Source: Burkholderiales bacterium (GTDB lineage Bacteria > Pseudomonadota > Gammaproteobacteria > Burkholderiales > Casimicrobiaceae). From it: 64,000 nucleotides of DNA. Below the pieces are notes generated by a model. That model searched no databases, was not told the origin of the DNA, and saw nothing but the letters and a program-made list of their open reading frames with translations. Positions 40,264 through 54,214 of this stretch are shown here, one piece after another; positions within the stretch are counted from its first letter, which is position 1; every line of letters starts with the position of its first letter. The DNA is taken from positions 3,935 through 67,934 of the forward strand of contig JAICUU010000001.1 in assembly GCA_025935675.1 (NCBI GenBank), given 5' to 3'. The position numbers and the translations under genes were made by a program.

Positions 40264-40335
40264 GGGTTGGGTTGTTGCGCTCTCGAAAAAAGCCTCACAG
40301 TATAGCTGCCGGCACGCAGGATTGCGAGAAACTTT

Positions 40336-40363
40336 TTGCAAAATCCGTGACTTAGGGTAAAAT
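40336..40363 (+). promoter_or_regulatory. candidate sigma70 promoter of rhlE
   Basis: TTGCAA (40336-40341), a 16-nt spacer, then TAAAAT (40358-40363). This would give a leader of about 155 nt. Confidence 0.45.
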
Positions 40364-40525
40364 GCCGGGTGTGGCTCCCGCGTGGCCCTTCCGGTCACCA
40401 CGCGTCGCCCTGACGAACCGCCCCGCGCACTGCCGAAGGCGGCCCGCCAACCCCATAACCACGAGTACACGTGTGCCTGGACCGGAAACCGGCGAACTGC
40501 CGGTAGGCCGCGCCAGGAGCACCCA

Positions 40526-42010
40526 TTGAACGCAGCGAGCTTCGATACGCTCGGCCTGCGGCCTGAAGTCCTGCGGGCCGTTACCGAAGCGGGTTACACC
40601 ACCCCCACCCCCATCCAATCGCAAGCCATCCCGGTCGTCCTCGCCGGCGAGGACGTGATGGGCGGCGCCCAGACCGGCACCGGCAAGACCGCCGGCTTCG
40701 GCCTCCCCATCCTGTCGCGCCTGATGGCGCACGCCAACACGAGCCCCTCGCCCGCGCGGCACCCGGTGCGCGCGCTGATCCTGACGCCGACGCGCGAGCT
40801 CGCGATCCAGGTCGAGGAGGCGATCCGCGGCTACGGCAAGCACACCGGCCTTCGCTCCACCGTCGTCTACGGCGGCGTCGACATCAAGCAGCAGCTCACG
40901 ATCGTGCGCGCGGGCGTCGAGATCCTGGTGGCGACGCCGGGGCGACTCCTCGACCACATCGAGCAGAAGAGCGTCAACCTGTCGCACGTCGAGATCTTCG
41001 TGCTCGACGAGGCCGACCGGATGCTCGACATGGGCTTCATCCCGGACATCAAGCGCATCATGGCGCTGCTGCCCGCCAAGCGTCAGAACCTCCTCTTCTC
41101 GGCGACGTTCTCCAACGACATCAAGAAGCTCGCCGACGAGCTCCTCAACAAGCCGCGGCTGATCGAGGTCGCGCGCCGCAATACCGCGGCGGAGACGGTG
41201 ACGCAGTCGGCGTACAAGGTGCCGCAGGAAGCGAAGCGCGCGCTGCTCGAGGAGATCGTTCGCTCGCGCAACGTCTGGCAGGTGCTGTGCTTCATGCGCA
41301 CCAAGCACGGCGCCTCGCGCCTCGCGCGCCAGCTCGAGAAGGACGGCCTCGCGACCTCCGCGATTCACGGCGACAAGACGCAGGCCGCGCGCCTGGAGGC
41401 CCTCACCGCGTTCAAGGACGGCAAGCTGCAAGTGCTGGTCGCCACCGACGTCGCCGCGCGCGGCCTCGACATCGACGACCTGCCGCTCGTCGTCAACTAC
41501 GAGCTGCCGCACGTCGCCGAGGACTACATCCACCGCATCGGCCGCACCGGCCGCGCGGGCGCCACGGGTGAGGCGATCTCGTTCGTGGATCCCGTCGAGG
41601 AGAAGTACCTCGCCGAGATCGAGAAGATGCTCAAGAAGAAGATCGACGTCGTCGACTTCGACGACTCGAAGCTCGCGCGCTCCGCAGAGCGCGCGCCCCG
41701 CGAGCGCCACGGCGAAACGCGCGGCCGCGGACGCGCTGCGCCTTCGGCGCATCCGCGCACGAGCGAGCGCTCCGCTGCCCATCGCAGCGCGCCGGCTGCC
41801 CGCGACGAGCGGCCGCGCCGCCCGACCGCGGACGAGCGCGAGGCGTTGTACGCGAAGAACCCCGATCAGCCGCCGGTGCTGCGCGCGATGAACGGCACCG
41901 GCGCGCATGCGAATGCCACGCACGCCCATCCGGCGCACGGACGCCAGGCGACCCGTGAAGTGCCGGTGCTGCTGCGCAAGCGCTCGGCGCCGGAGCCCGA
42001 GAAGGTCTGA
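40526..42010 (+). CDS. rhlE: ATP-dependent DEAD-box RNA helicase RhlE
   Basis: In frame with track ORF 40382..42010. I prefer TTG 40526 with AGGAG (40515-40519), which gives [11 protein letters not shown]..., matching the usual MSFDSLGL start. Motifs are [19 protein letters not shown] and [10 protein letters not shown], and the tail is basic. Confidence 0.9.
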   Translation: MNAASFDTLGLRPEVLRAVTEAGYTTPTPIQSQAIPVVLAGEDVMGGAQTGTGKTAGFGLPILSRLMAHANTSPSPARHPVRALILTPTRELAIQVEEAIRGYGKHTGLRSTVVYGGVDIKQQLTIVRAGVEILVATPGRLLDHIEQKSVNLSHVEIFVLDEADRMLDMGFIPDIKRIMALLPAKRQNLLFSATFSNDIKKLADELLNKPRLIEVARRNTAAETVTQSAYKVPQEAKRALLEEIVRSRNVWQVLCFMRTKHGASRLARQLEKDGLATSAIHGDKTQAARLEALTAFKDGKLQVLVATDVAARGLDIDDLPLVVNYELPHVAEDYIHRIGRTGRAGATGEAISFVDPVEEKYLAEIEKMLKKKIDVVDFDDSKLARSAERAPRERHGETRGRGRAAPSAHPRTSERSAAHRSAPAARDERPRRPTADEREALYAKNPDQPPVLRAMNGTGAHANATHAHPAHGRQATREVPVLLRKRSAPEPEKV

Positions 42011-42161
42011 CCCCCCGGCGGCGCCGGTCGCGAGCGGCTCCCGCGGCGTTTGGCAGCCGCATGGCATGTGCGGTCGAAGCGCCGCGTGCGGTTGCGGCGC
42101 GGCGCTCGCATGCCGATAATCGACGCGCCGCCGCGCGTCGCGCGGCTCGCCTCGCCGCGCC

Positions 42162-44048
<1,887 letters not shown>

Positions 44049-44128
44049 GGACGGCGGGCGACGGCGCGCGATCCGCATCGCCGCCGGCGCAAGCTCGCGC
44101 CGGCGTCAACCACGCGAGGAGCCGTACG

Positions 44129-45673
44129 ATGAAGTTCCCATTGCATCGATTCGCCGCCGCGCTCGCCGTCGCCGCGGTCGCCGCGCTCGCAGCGCTGCCG
44201 GCGCAGGCCGCGAAGGACGTCGTTTTCGCCGTGGCGTCGACGTTCACGACGACCGACCCCTACGACGCCAACGACACGCTGTCGCAGGCGATGGCCAAGT
44301 CGTTCTACGAGGGCCTGTACGGCTTCGACAAGGACATGAAGATGATCCCGGTGCTCGCCACGTCGTACGAGGTGAGCAGCGACGGGCTGGTCTACACGCT
44401 GCACCTGCGCCACGGCGTCAAGTTCCATGACGGCACCGATTTCAACGCCGAGGCGGTCAAGGTCAATCTCGACCGCGTCACCAATCCCGACAACCACCTC
44501 AAGCGCTATGGCCTTTATAGCGTCATCGCCAAGACCGAGGCGGTGGACCCGTACACCGCGCGCATCACGCTGAAGAACCCGTTCTCGGCGTTCATCAACG
44601 ACCTCGCGCATCCGTCGGGCGTGATGATCAGCCCCGCCGCGATCCAGAAGTACGGCAAGGAGATCGCGTTCCATCCGGTCGGCACCGGGCCGTTCGAGTT
44701 CGTCGAGTGGAAGCAGCCCGACTACCTCAAGGTGAAGAAGTTCGCCGGCTACTGGCAGAAGGGCCTGCCGAAGATCGACACGATCACGTGGCGCAGCGTC
44801 GTCGACAACAACGCGCGCGCGGCGATGATGCAGACCGGCGAGGCGCAGTTCACGTTCCCGGTGCCCTACGAGATCGCCGACGTGCTGAAGAAGAAGCCCG
44901 ACCTCGCGCTCGTCGCCGCGCCGTCGATCGTCATCCGCTACCTGTCGATGAACACGCAGCAGAAGCCGTTCGACAACGTCAAGGTGCGCGAAGCGATCGC
45001 GTACGCGATCAACAAGCAGGCGCTCGCGAAGGTCGCGTTCAACGGCTACGCCGAGCCCGCCGCCGGCGTCGTGCCGCAGGGCGTCGAATACGCGGTCAAG
45101 ATGGCGCCGTGGCCGTACGACCTCGCCAAGGCCAAGGCGCTGATGAAGGAAGCCGGCTACCCCGATGGCTTCGAGACCGAGCTCTGGTCGGCGTACAACC
45201 ATACGACCGCGCAGAAGGTCACGCAATTCATCCAGCAGCAACTCCAGCAGATCGGCATCCGCACCAGGATCACGCTGCTCGAATCGGGGCAGCGCGTGCA
45301 GCGCGTCGAGAGCTGGCAGGATCCGAAGACCGCCGGCGTGCGCCTCTACTACGTCGGCTGGTCGTCGTCGACGGGCGAGGCCGACTGGGCGCTGCGGCCG
45401 CTCCTGTACGGCGAGTCGTGGCCGCCGACGCTGTTCAACACCGCGTATTACAAGAGCGACAAGGTCGACGCCGACATCAAGGGCGCGCTGCTCACCACCG
45501 ACAGCAAGGAGAAGGCGCGCCTCTACAAGGATGCGCAGGAGACGATCTGGCACGACGCGCCGTGGGCGCCGCTGGTCGTCGAGAAGCTGCTGTCGGCCAA
45601 CAGCAAGAAGCTGACCGGCGTCTACGTGATGCCCGACGCGTCGTTCAACTTCACCAACGCCGACCTGAAGTGA
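44129..45673 (+). CDS. gsiB: ABC transporter substrate-binding protein (family 5, GsiB-like)
   Basis: 514 aa with a signal peptide ending [66 protein letters not shown] is typical of SBP family 5. Confidence 0.8.
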   Translation: MKFPLHRFAAALAVAAVAALAALPAQAAKDVVFAVASTFTTTDPYDANDTLSQAMAKSFYEGLYGFDKDMKMIPVLATSYEVSSDGLVYTLHLRHGVKFHDGTDFNAEAVKVNLDRVTNPDNHLKRYGLYSVIAKTEAVDPYTARITLKNPFSAFINDLAHPSGVMISPAAIQKYGKEIAFHPVGTGPFEFVEWKQPDYLKVKKFAGYWQKGLPKIDTITWRSVVDNNARAAMMQTGEAQFTFPVPYEIADVLKKKPDLALVAAPSIVIRYLSMNTQQKPFDNVKVREAIAYAINKQALAKVAFNGYAEPAAGVVPQGVEYAVKMAPWPYDLAKAKALMKEAGYPDGFETELWSAYNHTTAQKVTQFIQQQLQQIGIRTRITLLESGQRVQRVESWQDPKTAGVRLYYVGWSSSTGEADWALRPLLYGESWPPTLFNTAYYKSDKVDADIKGALLTTDSKEKARLYKDAQETIWHDAPWAPLVVEKLLSANSKKLTGVYVMPDASFNFTNADLK

Positions 45674-45679
45674 CGGAAT

Positions 45680-45700
45680 GGTCCGAGGCTTCGGACCTTT
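45680..45700 (+). terminator. small hairpin after gsiB (weak terminator or mRNA stabiliser)
   Basis: GGTCCGA-GGCT-TCGGACC-TTT, 7 nt after the gsiB stop. Confidence 0.4.
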
Positions 45701-45701
45701 C

Positions 45702-45804
45702 CGTCATCCCCGCGAAAGCGGGGATCCAGTACTGACGGCGAACAGGGCGACGGCGAGCGGCATGCGCGCGTCACGGCTGGATTCCCGCATTCGCGGGAAT
45801 GACG
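45702..45804. repeat. composite palindromic REP-like element between gsiB and gsiC
   Basis: CGTCATCCCCGCGAAAGCGGGGATCCAG (45702-45729), a 47-nt core (TACTGACGG...CGCGTCACGG), then the inverted copy CTGGATTCCCGCATTCGCGGGAATGACG (45777-45804). Confidence 0.8.
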
Positions 45805-45838
45805 GCGCGGCCTGCATTCCGATACCGGCCAGCCGCTG

Positions 45839-46759
45839 ATGCTGCAGTACACGGTCAAGCGGCTGTTCGGTCTCTTGCCGACGCTGTTCCTCGTCGGCGT
45901 GCTCGTCTTCCTGTTCGTCCACCTCCTGCCCGGCGACCCGGCGCGCCTCGCCGCCGGGCCCGACGCGACGCCGGAGACGGTGGCGCTGGTGCGCCACGAC
46001 CTCGGCCTCGACCAGTCGCTGCCGCGCCAGTTCGTGCGCTTCGTCACCGGCGTGCTGCACTGGGACTTCGGCCGCTCGCTGTCGACCAAGCGCCCGGTGT
46101 CGGTCGAGATCGGCTCGCGCTTCATGCCGACGTTCTGGCTGACGGTGTGGAGCATGGCGTGGTCGGTGACGCTCGGCATGACGATCGGCATCGTGTCGGC
46201 GGTGTGGCGCAACCGCTGGCCCGACCGGCTCGGCATGACGATCGCGGTGTCCGGCATCTCGTTCCCGGCGTTCGCGCTCGGCATGGTGCTGATGCAGGTG
46301 TTCGCCGTCGATCTCGGATGGCTGCCGACGATCGGCGACGACACCTGGCTTCACTACATCCTGCCGTCGCTGACGCTCGGCGCCGCGGTGGCGGCGATCA
46401 TGGCGCGCTTCACGCGCTCGTCGTTCGTCGAGATCCTCGGCGACGACTTCATCCGCACCGCGCGCGCGAAGGGCCTCGACGAGCGCCAGGTGATCTGGCG
46501 CCACGCGATGCGCAACGCGCTGATCCCGGTGGTGACGATGATGGGCCTGCAGTTCGGCTTCCTGCTCGGCGGCTCGATCGTCGTCGAGAAGGTGTTCAAC
46601 TGGCCCGGGCTCGGGCGGCTCCTCGTCGACGCCGTCGACATGCGCGACTACCCGGTGATCCAGGCGCTCGTGCTGCTCTTCTCGCTCGAGTTCATCGTCA
46701 TCAACCTCGTCGTCGACGTGCTGTACGGGTTCATCAACCCGACGATCCGCTACCGGTGA
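45839..46759 (+). CDS. gsiC: ABC transporter permease (GsiC/DppB-like)
   Basis: 306 aa; [34 protein letters not shown] is the typical DppB/GsiC N-terminus. Confidence 0.85.
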   Translation: MLQYTVKRLFGLLPTLFLVGVLVFLFVHLLPGDPARLAAGPDATPETVALVRHDLGLDQSLPRQFVRFVTGVLHWDFGRSLSTKRPVSVEIGSRFMPTFWLTVWSMAWSVTLGMTIGIVSAVWRNRWPDRLGMTIAVSGISFPAFALGMVLMQVFAVDLGWLPTIGDDTWLHYILPSLTLGAAVAAIMARFTRSSFVEILGDDFIRTARAKGLDERQVIWRHAMRNALIPVVTMMGLQFGFLLGGSIVVEKVFNWPGLGRLLVDAVDMRDYPVIQALVLLFSLEFIVINLVVDVLYGFINPTIRYR

Positions 46760-47643
46760 ACGATCGCGCGACACTCGTTGCCGACGTTGAGGTGATCCGC
46801 ACGCCGTGGAACGAGTTCTGGCGCAAGTTCAAGCGCCAGAAGATCGGCGTCGTCGCGGGGATCTTCGTCGTCGTGCTGGTGGCGATCGCGATCGCGGCGC
46901 CGTGGATCGCGCCATACGACGCCGAGAACTACTTCGACTACGACCAGCTGAACGCCGCGCCCTCGATGGCGCATTGGTTCGGCGTCGACGCGCTCGGCCG
47001 CGACATCCTGTCGCGCATCCTGATGGGCGCGCGGATCTCGCTCGCCGCGGGCTTCGTGTCGGTGGCGGCCGGCGCCGTGGTCGGCACGCTGCTCGGCCTC
47101 GTCGCCGGCTACTACGAGGGCTGGGCCGATCGCATCATCATGCGCATTGCCGACGTGCTGTTCGCGTTCCCCGGCATCCTGCTGGCGATCGGCATCGTCG
47201 CGATCCTCGGCGGCGGCGAGGCCAACGTCATCGTCGCGGTGGCCATCTTCAGCATCCCGACCTTCGCGCGCCTCGCGCGCGGCACGACGCTCGGATTGAA
47301 GCGACTGACGTTCGTCGAGGCGGTGCGAAGCATCGGCGCCACCAACTGGACGATCATCAGCCGCCACATCTTTCCCGGCACGGTGCCGGCCGTGATCGTC
47401 TACTTCTCGCTGCGCATCGGAACGTCGATCATCACGGCCGCGAGCCTGTCGTTCCTCGGCATGGGCGCGCAGCCGCCGACGCCCGAATGGGGCGCGATGC
47501 TCGACGCGGCGCGCGCCGACATGCTGACCGCGCCGCACGAGGCGATCTTCCCTGCGCTCGCCATCTTCGCCACCGTGCTCGCGTTCAACCTGCTGGGCGA
47601 CGGGCTGCGCGACGCGCTCGATCCGAGGCTCGACCGGCGGTGA
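46756..47643 (+). CDS. gsiD: ABC transporter permease (GsiD/DppC-like)
   Basis: GTG 46756 overlaps the gsiC stop (GTGA), in frame with track ORF 45799..47643. Motifs are [22 protein letters not shown] and [17 protein letters not shown]. Confidence 0.85.
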   Translation: MNDRATLVADVEVIRTPWNEFWRKFKRQKIGVVAGIFVVVLVAIAIAAPWIAPYDAENYFDYDQLNAAPSMAHWFGVDALGRDILSRILMGARISLAAGFVSVAAGAVVGTLLGLVAGYYEGWADRIIMRIADVLFAFPGILLAIGIVAILGGGEANVIVAVAIFSIPTFARLARGTTLGLKRLTFVEAVRSIGATNWTIISRHIFPGTVPAVIVYFSLRIGTSIITAASLSFLGMGAQPPTPEWGAMLDAARADMLTAPHEAIFPALAIFATVLAFNLLGDGLRDALDPRLDRR

Positions 47644-48788
47644 TCGTCGTGGCGTACTGTCGCGCCGGGTTCGAGGGCGAGGCGATGCGCGACATCGAGC
47701 GGCTCGCGGCCGCGGCCGGCGTGCGCGGCGCGAGTGCCGCGCCACGCGGCGAAGCACGAGCAACCGCGTTGGCGCACGACGACGTTATGCCGGGCTCCGG
47801 CTACGTCGTGGCGACGCTCGACGGCCTCGACCTCACGCGCTGGCGCGCGGCGATCGACGAGGCGCCGCCCGTGTTCTGCCGCTCGCTGTTCGTCGGCAGC
47901 GGGCCGCATGCGATCGCGCCGGGGGCGGCAACTCCGGCACGTGGCCGCACCGATCGCGTGACGCCGCTCGCCGAGGCGATCGCCGCGACGGGCGCCCGAG
48001 GCAGCACGCTGTGGGTCGAGTTCGCCGATACCAACGAGGGCAAGGCAATGTCCACGCTCGCACGTGCGATCGAGCCGCGGCTCGCCGCAGCGTTGCGCGA
48101 GCGTGGCATCCTCGAGGCGGCCGACGGCGCGGGCGCCGGTTCTCGGCGCGCGCCTCGCAACCAGCGCCGGCTGCACGTGTTCCTCGCAAGCGGCAGCAAG
48201 GCCTACGTCGGCACCAGCATCGCCGGCACCGGCTCGCCGTGGCCGATGGGGATTCCGCGGCTGCGGATGCCGGGCGGCGCGCCGTCGCGCTCGACGCAGA
48301 AGCTCGCCGAGGCGCTCGTCACGTTCCTCGGCGACGACGAATCGACATTGCTCCGCGCCGGCCAGCGCGCGGTCGACCTGGGCGCCGCGCCGGGCGGCTG
48401 GTCGTGGCAGCTCGCGCATCGCGGCTTGCGCGTCACCGCGGTCGACAACGGCGTGCTGAAGGGCGAGGTGGCGCACGACCCGCTGGTCACGCACGTGCGC
48501 GCCGACGGTTTTCGCTATCGGCCGAAGCGCGCGGTCGACTGGGTCGTCTGCGACATCGTCGAGCAGCCGTCGCGCGTGGCCGCGCTGATGGCGCGCTGGA
48601 TCGGCGGGCGCGACGCGCGGAGAGCGATCTTCAACCTCAAGCTGCCGATGAAGCGACGCTTCGACGCGATCGACGCAGCCGCCGCGACCATCGACGCGGG
48701 CCTTGGCGATACGACGGCAACGCTGCGGCTGCATCAGCTCTACCATGATCGCGAGGAGGTGACCGGCTACCTCGCGCGCCTGGAGTGA
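47640..48788 (+). CDS. rlmM: 23S rRNA (cytidine2498-2'-O)-methyltransferase RlmM
   Basis: GTG 47640 overlaps the gsiD stop (GTGA), in frame with track ORF 46806..48788. It has the N-terminus [20 protein letters not shown], the SAM motif [14 protein letters not shown], and MVCDMVE-like VVCDIVEQP. Confidence 0.8.
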   Translation: MIVVAYCRAGFEGEAMRDIERLAAAAGVRGASAAPRGEARATALAHDDVMPGSGYVVATLDGLDLTRWRAAIDEAPPVFCRSLFVGSGPHAIAPGAATPARGRTDRVTPLAEAIAATGARGSTLWVEFADTNEGKAMSTLARAIEPRLAAALRERGILEAADGAGAGSRRAPRNQRRLHVFLASGSKAYVGTSIAGTGSPWPMGIPRLRMPGGAPSRSTQKLAEALVTFLGDDESTLLRAGQRAVDLGAAPGGWSWQLAHRGLRVTAVDNGVLKGEVAHDPLVTHVRADGFRYRPKRAVDWVVCDIVEQPSRVAALMARWIGGRDARRAIFNLKLPMKRRFDAIDAAAATIDAGLGDTTATLRLHQLYHDREEVTGYLARLE

Positions 48789-48795
48789 TGCGCCG

Positions 48796-51636
<2,841 letters not shown>

Positions 51637-51672
51637 GCTCCGTTGCAGTTTTGGTGAACGTAATTACTTGAA

Positions 51673-51678
51673 ATTATA
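51673..51678 (-). promoter_or_regulatory. candidate -10 box of valS
   Basis: A perfect TATAAT on the minus strand in a locally AT-rich patch, 36 nt upstream of the valS ATG. No convincing -35. Confidence 0.3.
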
Positions 51679-51706
51679 GCGGATTGTGCAGTCGCTCGAC
51701 GACGCA

Positions 51707-52585
51707 TCATGCACACGCCCCTGCTTGGACCCGCGGCGCAAGCATCGCGCGCCGAGGCGTCGCAACGCGCCGGCCGATCGCGCGTGCCACGGCTACGAGC
51801 GTCGCCATCAGCGCCGCGAACGCCTCCGGCGTCAACGCCTGGTCGGCGTCGCACCACGCTTCCGCAGGGCACGGATGCACCTCGATGAGCAGGCCATCGG
51901 CGCCGGCGGCGACCGCCGCGGCGGCGAGTGCCGGCACCATCCACGCCTTGCCGCCCGCGTGCGACGGATCGACGATCACCGGCAGGTGCGTTTCTTTCTT
52001 CATCACCGCGACCGCGGTGACGTCGAGCACGTTGCGGTACGCGGTCTCGAACGTGCGGATGCCGCGCTCGCACAGGATGATCCGCGTGTTGCCGCCGGCG
52101 GCGATGTACTCGGCCGCCATCAGCCACTCGGCGAGGGTCGCGCTCATCCCGCGCTTCAGCACCACCGGCACGTCCACGCGGCCGAGCTCCTTCAGGAGCT
52201 CGAAGTTCTGCATGTTGCGCGTGCCGACCTGGATCGCGTCGACGCCCATCGCGAGGAACGTGTCCAGCATCCGCACGTCCATCAGCTCGGTGACGACCGG
52301 CAGCGCGTGGCGCGACGCCGATTCCTTCAGCATCGCAAGCCCCTCGACGCCTTTGCCCTGGAACGCGTACGGCGAGGTGCGCGGCTTGAACGCGCCGCCG
52401 CGCATCAGCGTCGCGCCCGCCGCGGCGACGGCGTCGGCGGCGGCCGCCATCTGCGGATTCGTCTCGACCGAGCACGGGCCCGCAATGACGGGAATCGCCT
52501 CGCCGCCGAACGCCGCGTCGCCGACGCGCACGACGCTCGCCGACGGATGCCGCTCGCGCGATACGAGCTTGCAATCGTTGTTCAT
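51707..52585 (-). CDS. 3-deoxy-7-phosphoheptulonate (DAHP) synthase, type I-beta
   Basis: Within track ORF 51707..52672; I prefer ATG 52585 with GAGGAG 7 nt upstream. Motifs are VIAGPCSVE, GGAFKPRTSPYAFQG, VGTRNMQNFELLKELG, LKRG, CERGIRTF and VDPSHAGG. Confidence 0.85.
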   Translation of the reverse strand: MNNDCKLVSRERHPSASVVRVGDAAFGGEAIPVIAGPCSVETNPQMAAAADAVAAAGATLMRGGAFKPRTSPYAFQGKGVEGLAMLKESASRHALPVVTELMDVRMLDTFLAMGVDAIQVGTRNMQNFELLKELGRVDVPVVLKRGMSATLAEWLMAAEYIAAGGNTRIILCERGIRTFETAYRNVLDVTAVAVMKKETHLPVIVDPSHAGGKAWMVPALAAAAVAAGADGLLIEVHPCPAEAWCDADQALTPEAFAALMATLVAVARAIGRRVATPRRAMLAPRVQAGACA

Positions 52586-52634
52586 GTCGGTGCTCCTCAT
52601 TGGCCTCGAATCGGTGCGGCGCTCCGAAAGCCGC

Positions 52635-52669
52635 AAAAAAATCGGGCGGTCCTTGCGGAGCCGCCCGAT
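52635..52669 (-). terminator. strong intrinsic terminator in the DAHP synthase leader (attenuator terminator)
   Basis: The minus strand reads ATCGGGCGG-CTCCGCAAGGA-CCGCCCGAT followed by TTTTTT (seven U including the stem end). It lies 49 nt upstream of the DAHP synthase ATG. Confidence 0.7.
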
Positions 52670-52701
52670 CATCGCGTGTGTGTCGAATGCCGATGCGCGC
52701 G

Positions 52702-52818
52702 CTAGGCTCCGTTACCGGATTGGCCGTAGACGTACCAATAGACGAACGCCACGGTCGCGAGCGCTCCGCGCGCGAGGCCTGCGGCGAGGTCGTAACGGGC
52801 GGTGGAGGTGGCGTGCAT
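52702..52818 (-). CDS. candidate aromatic-rich leader peptide (38 codons)
   Basis: Not in the track (under 60 aa). Manual translation gives MHATSTARYDLAAGLARGALATVAFVYWYVYGQSGNGA. Codons 25-31 are TTC GTC TAT TGG TAC GTC TAC (52726-52746). The SD is weak (GAGA). Confidence 0.5.
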   Translation of the reverse strand: MHATSTARYDLAAGLARGALATVAFVYWYVYGQSGNGA

Positions 52819-52850
52819 GGGGTCAGTCTCGCATCATCGGGCGCGGCCCG

Positions 52851-53771
52851 TCAATGGAGGCCCGTGCGCAGGCGCTCGAGCTCGCGCTCGATCGCCTCGG
52901 CGACGAAGCTGCGGAGGAGCTCGCCGACGTGCTGGTTGATCGTCGCGACGAGCTCGGCGCTCGCGCGATCGACGATCGGCTGCAGGCGCTCGCCGAGCTG
53001 CTCGCGCAGGCCGGTGTCGGTGAACATGTCGATCCGCTGCAGCACCTGCATCCGCACTTCGTCGATCAGCTCGTCGGTGGCCTTGGCGACGCTCGCCGCG
53101 TCCGCCTCCGCGGGCGCGGGCGCGCCGCGACCCGGCTGCTCGGCAACGGCGGGACTGTGCGGGATCGCGGCGATCGATTTGGGCGCGGGGCCGAGCACGC
53201 TGTCGTCGCCGCGCATCGCCTCGTCGTTCCAGATCGACGGCTCGCCTTCCTCGGCGGCGGCGATCAGCGCCGCGTCGATCTCGGCGATCGCATCGGTGAG
53301 CACGGGCACGTCGGCAAACGCGTGCTGCTCGGGCGCCGGCGCGGGGCCCGGCCACGCGGCACCCGCCGGCGCGTCGTGCGCGGGCGCAGGAGGCGGCGCC
53401 AGCGTCGGCTCGACCCGCGCTTGCGGCACGTCTCGATCCGGCGCCGCGTAGACCCGCGGGCCGGGGCCCGGCACGTCACGCTGAATGGGGACGTCGGCAC
53501 GCTCGTGCGTCGACGGCGTGCGCATGTCCGGCGCCGGTGCCGTGCCCGCGGGCGATGATGCCGGCGCGGCGGCCGTGTCGGCGCGCGGGGGGTCGGCCGG
53601 CGCCGGCACCGGATCGCGCAGCACCGGGAAATCGCCGGGCGCCGCCGCGGGCCTGCGCAATATCGACGGGCCCATCGTTCGCGGTCCCATCGCCGGCGAG
53701 AGCGTCTCGCGACCGCGATTGCGGCGCATCAGCGCATCGGCCTGTTCGAGAAGCTCTCGCGCAGATGGCAT
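52851..53771 (-). CDS. hypothetical Pro/Ala-rich protein with conserved-looking helical termini
   Basis: 306 aa. The ATG is 1 nt after the holC stop. The N-terminus is MPSARELLEQADALMRRNR, followed by about 180 aa of a low-complexity Pro/Ala region, then a C-terminal helical domain ELIDEVRMQVLQRIDMFTDTGLREQLGERLQPIVDRASAELVATINQHVGELLRSFVAEAIERELERLR. Confidence 0.6.
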   Translation of the reverse strand: MPSARELLEQADALMRRNRGRETLSPAMGPRTMGPSILRRPAAAPGDFPVLRDPVPAPADPPRADTAAAPASSPAGTAPAPDMRTPSTHERADVPIQRDVPGPGPRVYAAPDRDVPQARVEPTLAPPPAPAHDAPAGAAWPGPAPAPEQHAFADVPVLTDAIAEIDAALIAAAEEGEPSIWNDEAMRGDDSVLGPAPKSIAAIPHSPAVAEQPGRGAPAPAEADAASVAKATDELIDEVRMQVLQRIDMFTDTGLREQLGERLQPIVDRASAELVATINQHVGELLRSFVAEAIERELERLRTGLH

Positions 53772-53772
53772 G

Positions 53773-54201
53773 TCAGTCTCCCTGCCCCGCCAGGTTGTGC
53801 GTCCGCAACGCGTAGCCGCGCTCGCGGTAGAAACGATAGCGCTCGCGACCGGCCTCGGTCGACGCCGCGTCCGTGCCGACGATCTCCGCCAGACGCTCGA
53901 AGCGGCTGAAGAACGGCGGCGGCTCCGCGGCGAGGTTGATCAGCACGGCGAGCGGCCCTTCGTGCTCGCGCGCGTCGTCGACGATCACCGGCGTGTCGGC
54001 TGCCTGCAGGCTCGCGAGCCGGCAATGCGGCACGAACGACAGCGCCGGCTGCATCCACAGCATCCGATCGAGCGCATCGGTCGATTCGGCGTCGGCGGTC
54101 AGCACGCGCGCCGAGCCGTGCTGCGCGAGCGCCTTGTGCACGATCCTGCGCGCGACGTCGAGCGGCGACGCAACGTGCGTGTAGAAATCGATCTCGGTCA
54201 T
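53773..54201 (-). CDS. holC: DNA polymerase III subunit chi
   Basis: 142 aa from ATG 54201 within track ORF 53773..54552. MTEIDFYTHVASPLDVARRIVHKALAQHGSARVLTAD...LDRMLW is typical of HolC, and it lies downstream of pepA as in many proteobacteria. Confidence 0.85.
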   Translation of the reverse strand: MTEIDFYTHVASPLDVARRIVHKALAQHGSARVLTADAESTDALDRMLWMQPALSFVPHCRLASLQAADTPVIVDDAREHEGPLAVLINLAAEPPPFFSRFERLAEIVGTDAASTEAGRERYRFYRERGYALRTHNLAGQGD

Positions 54202-54214
54202 CGCGTCCGCGGCG

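Noticed and set aside
40281-40300. T-run (minus strand) upstream of typA as a terminator or attenuator
   Set aside because: No stable hairpin precedes it. It lies just downstream of a TATACT -10-like box (40299-40304, minus strand), so it is more likely part of a short 5' UTR.
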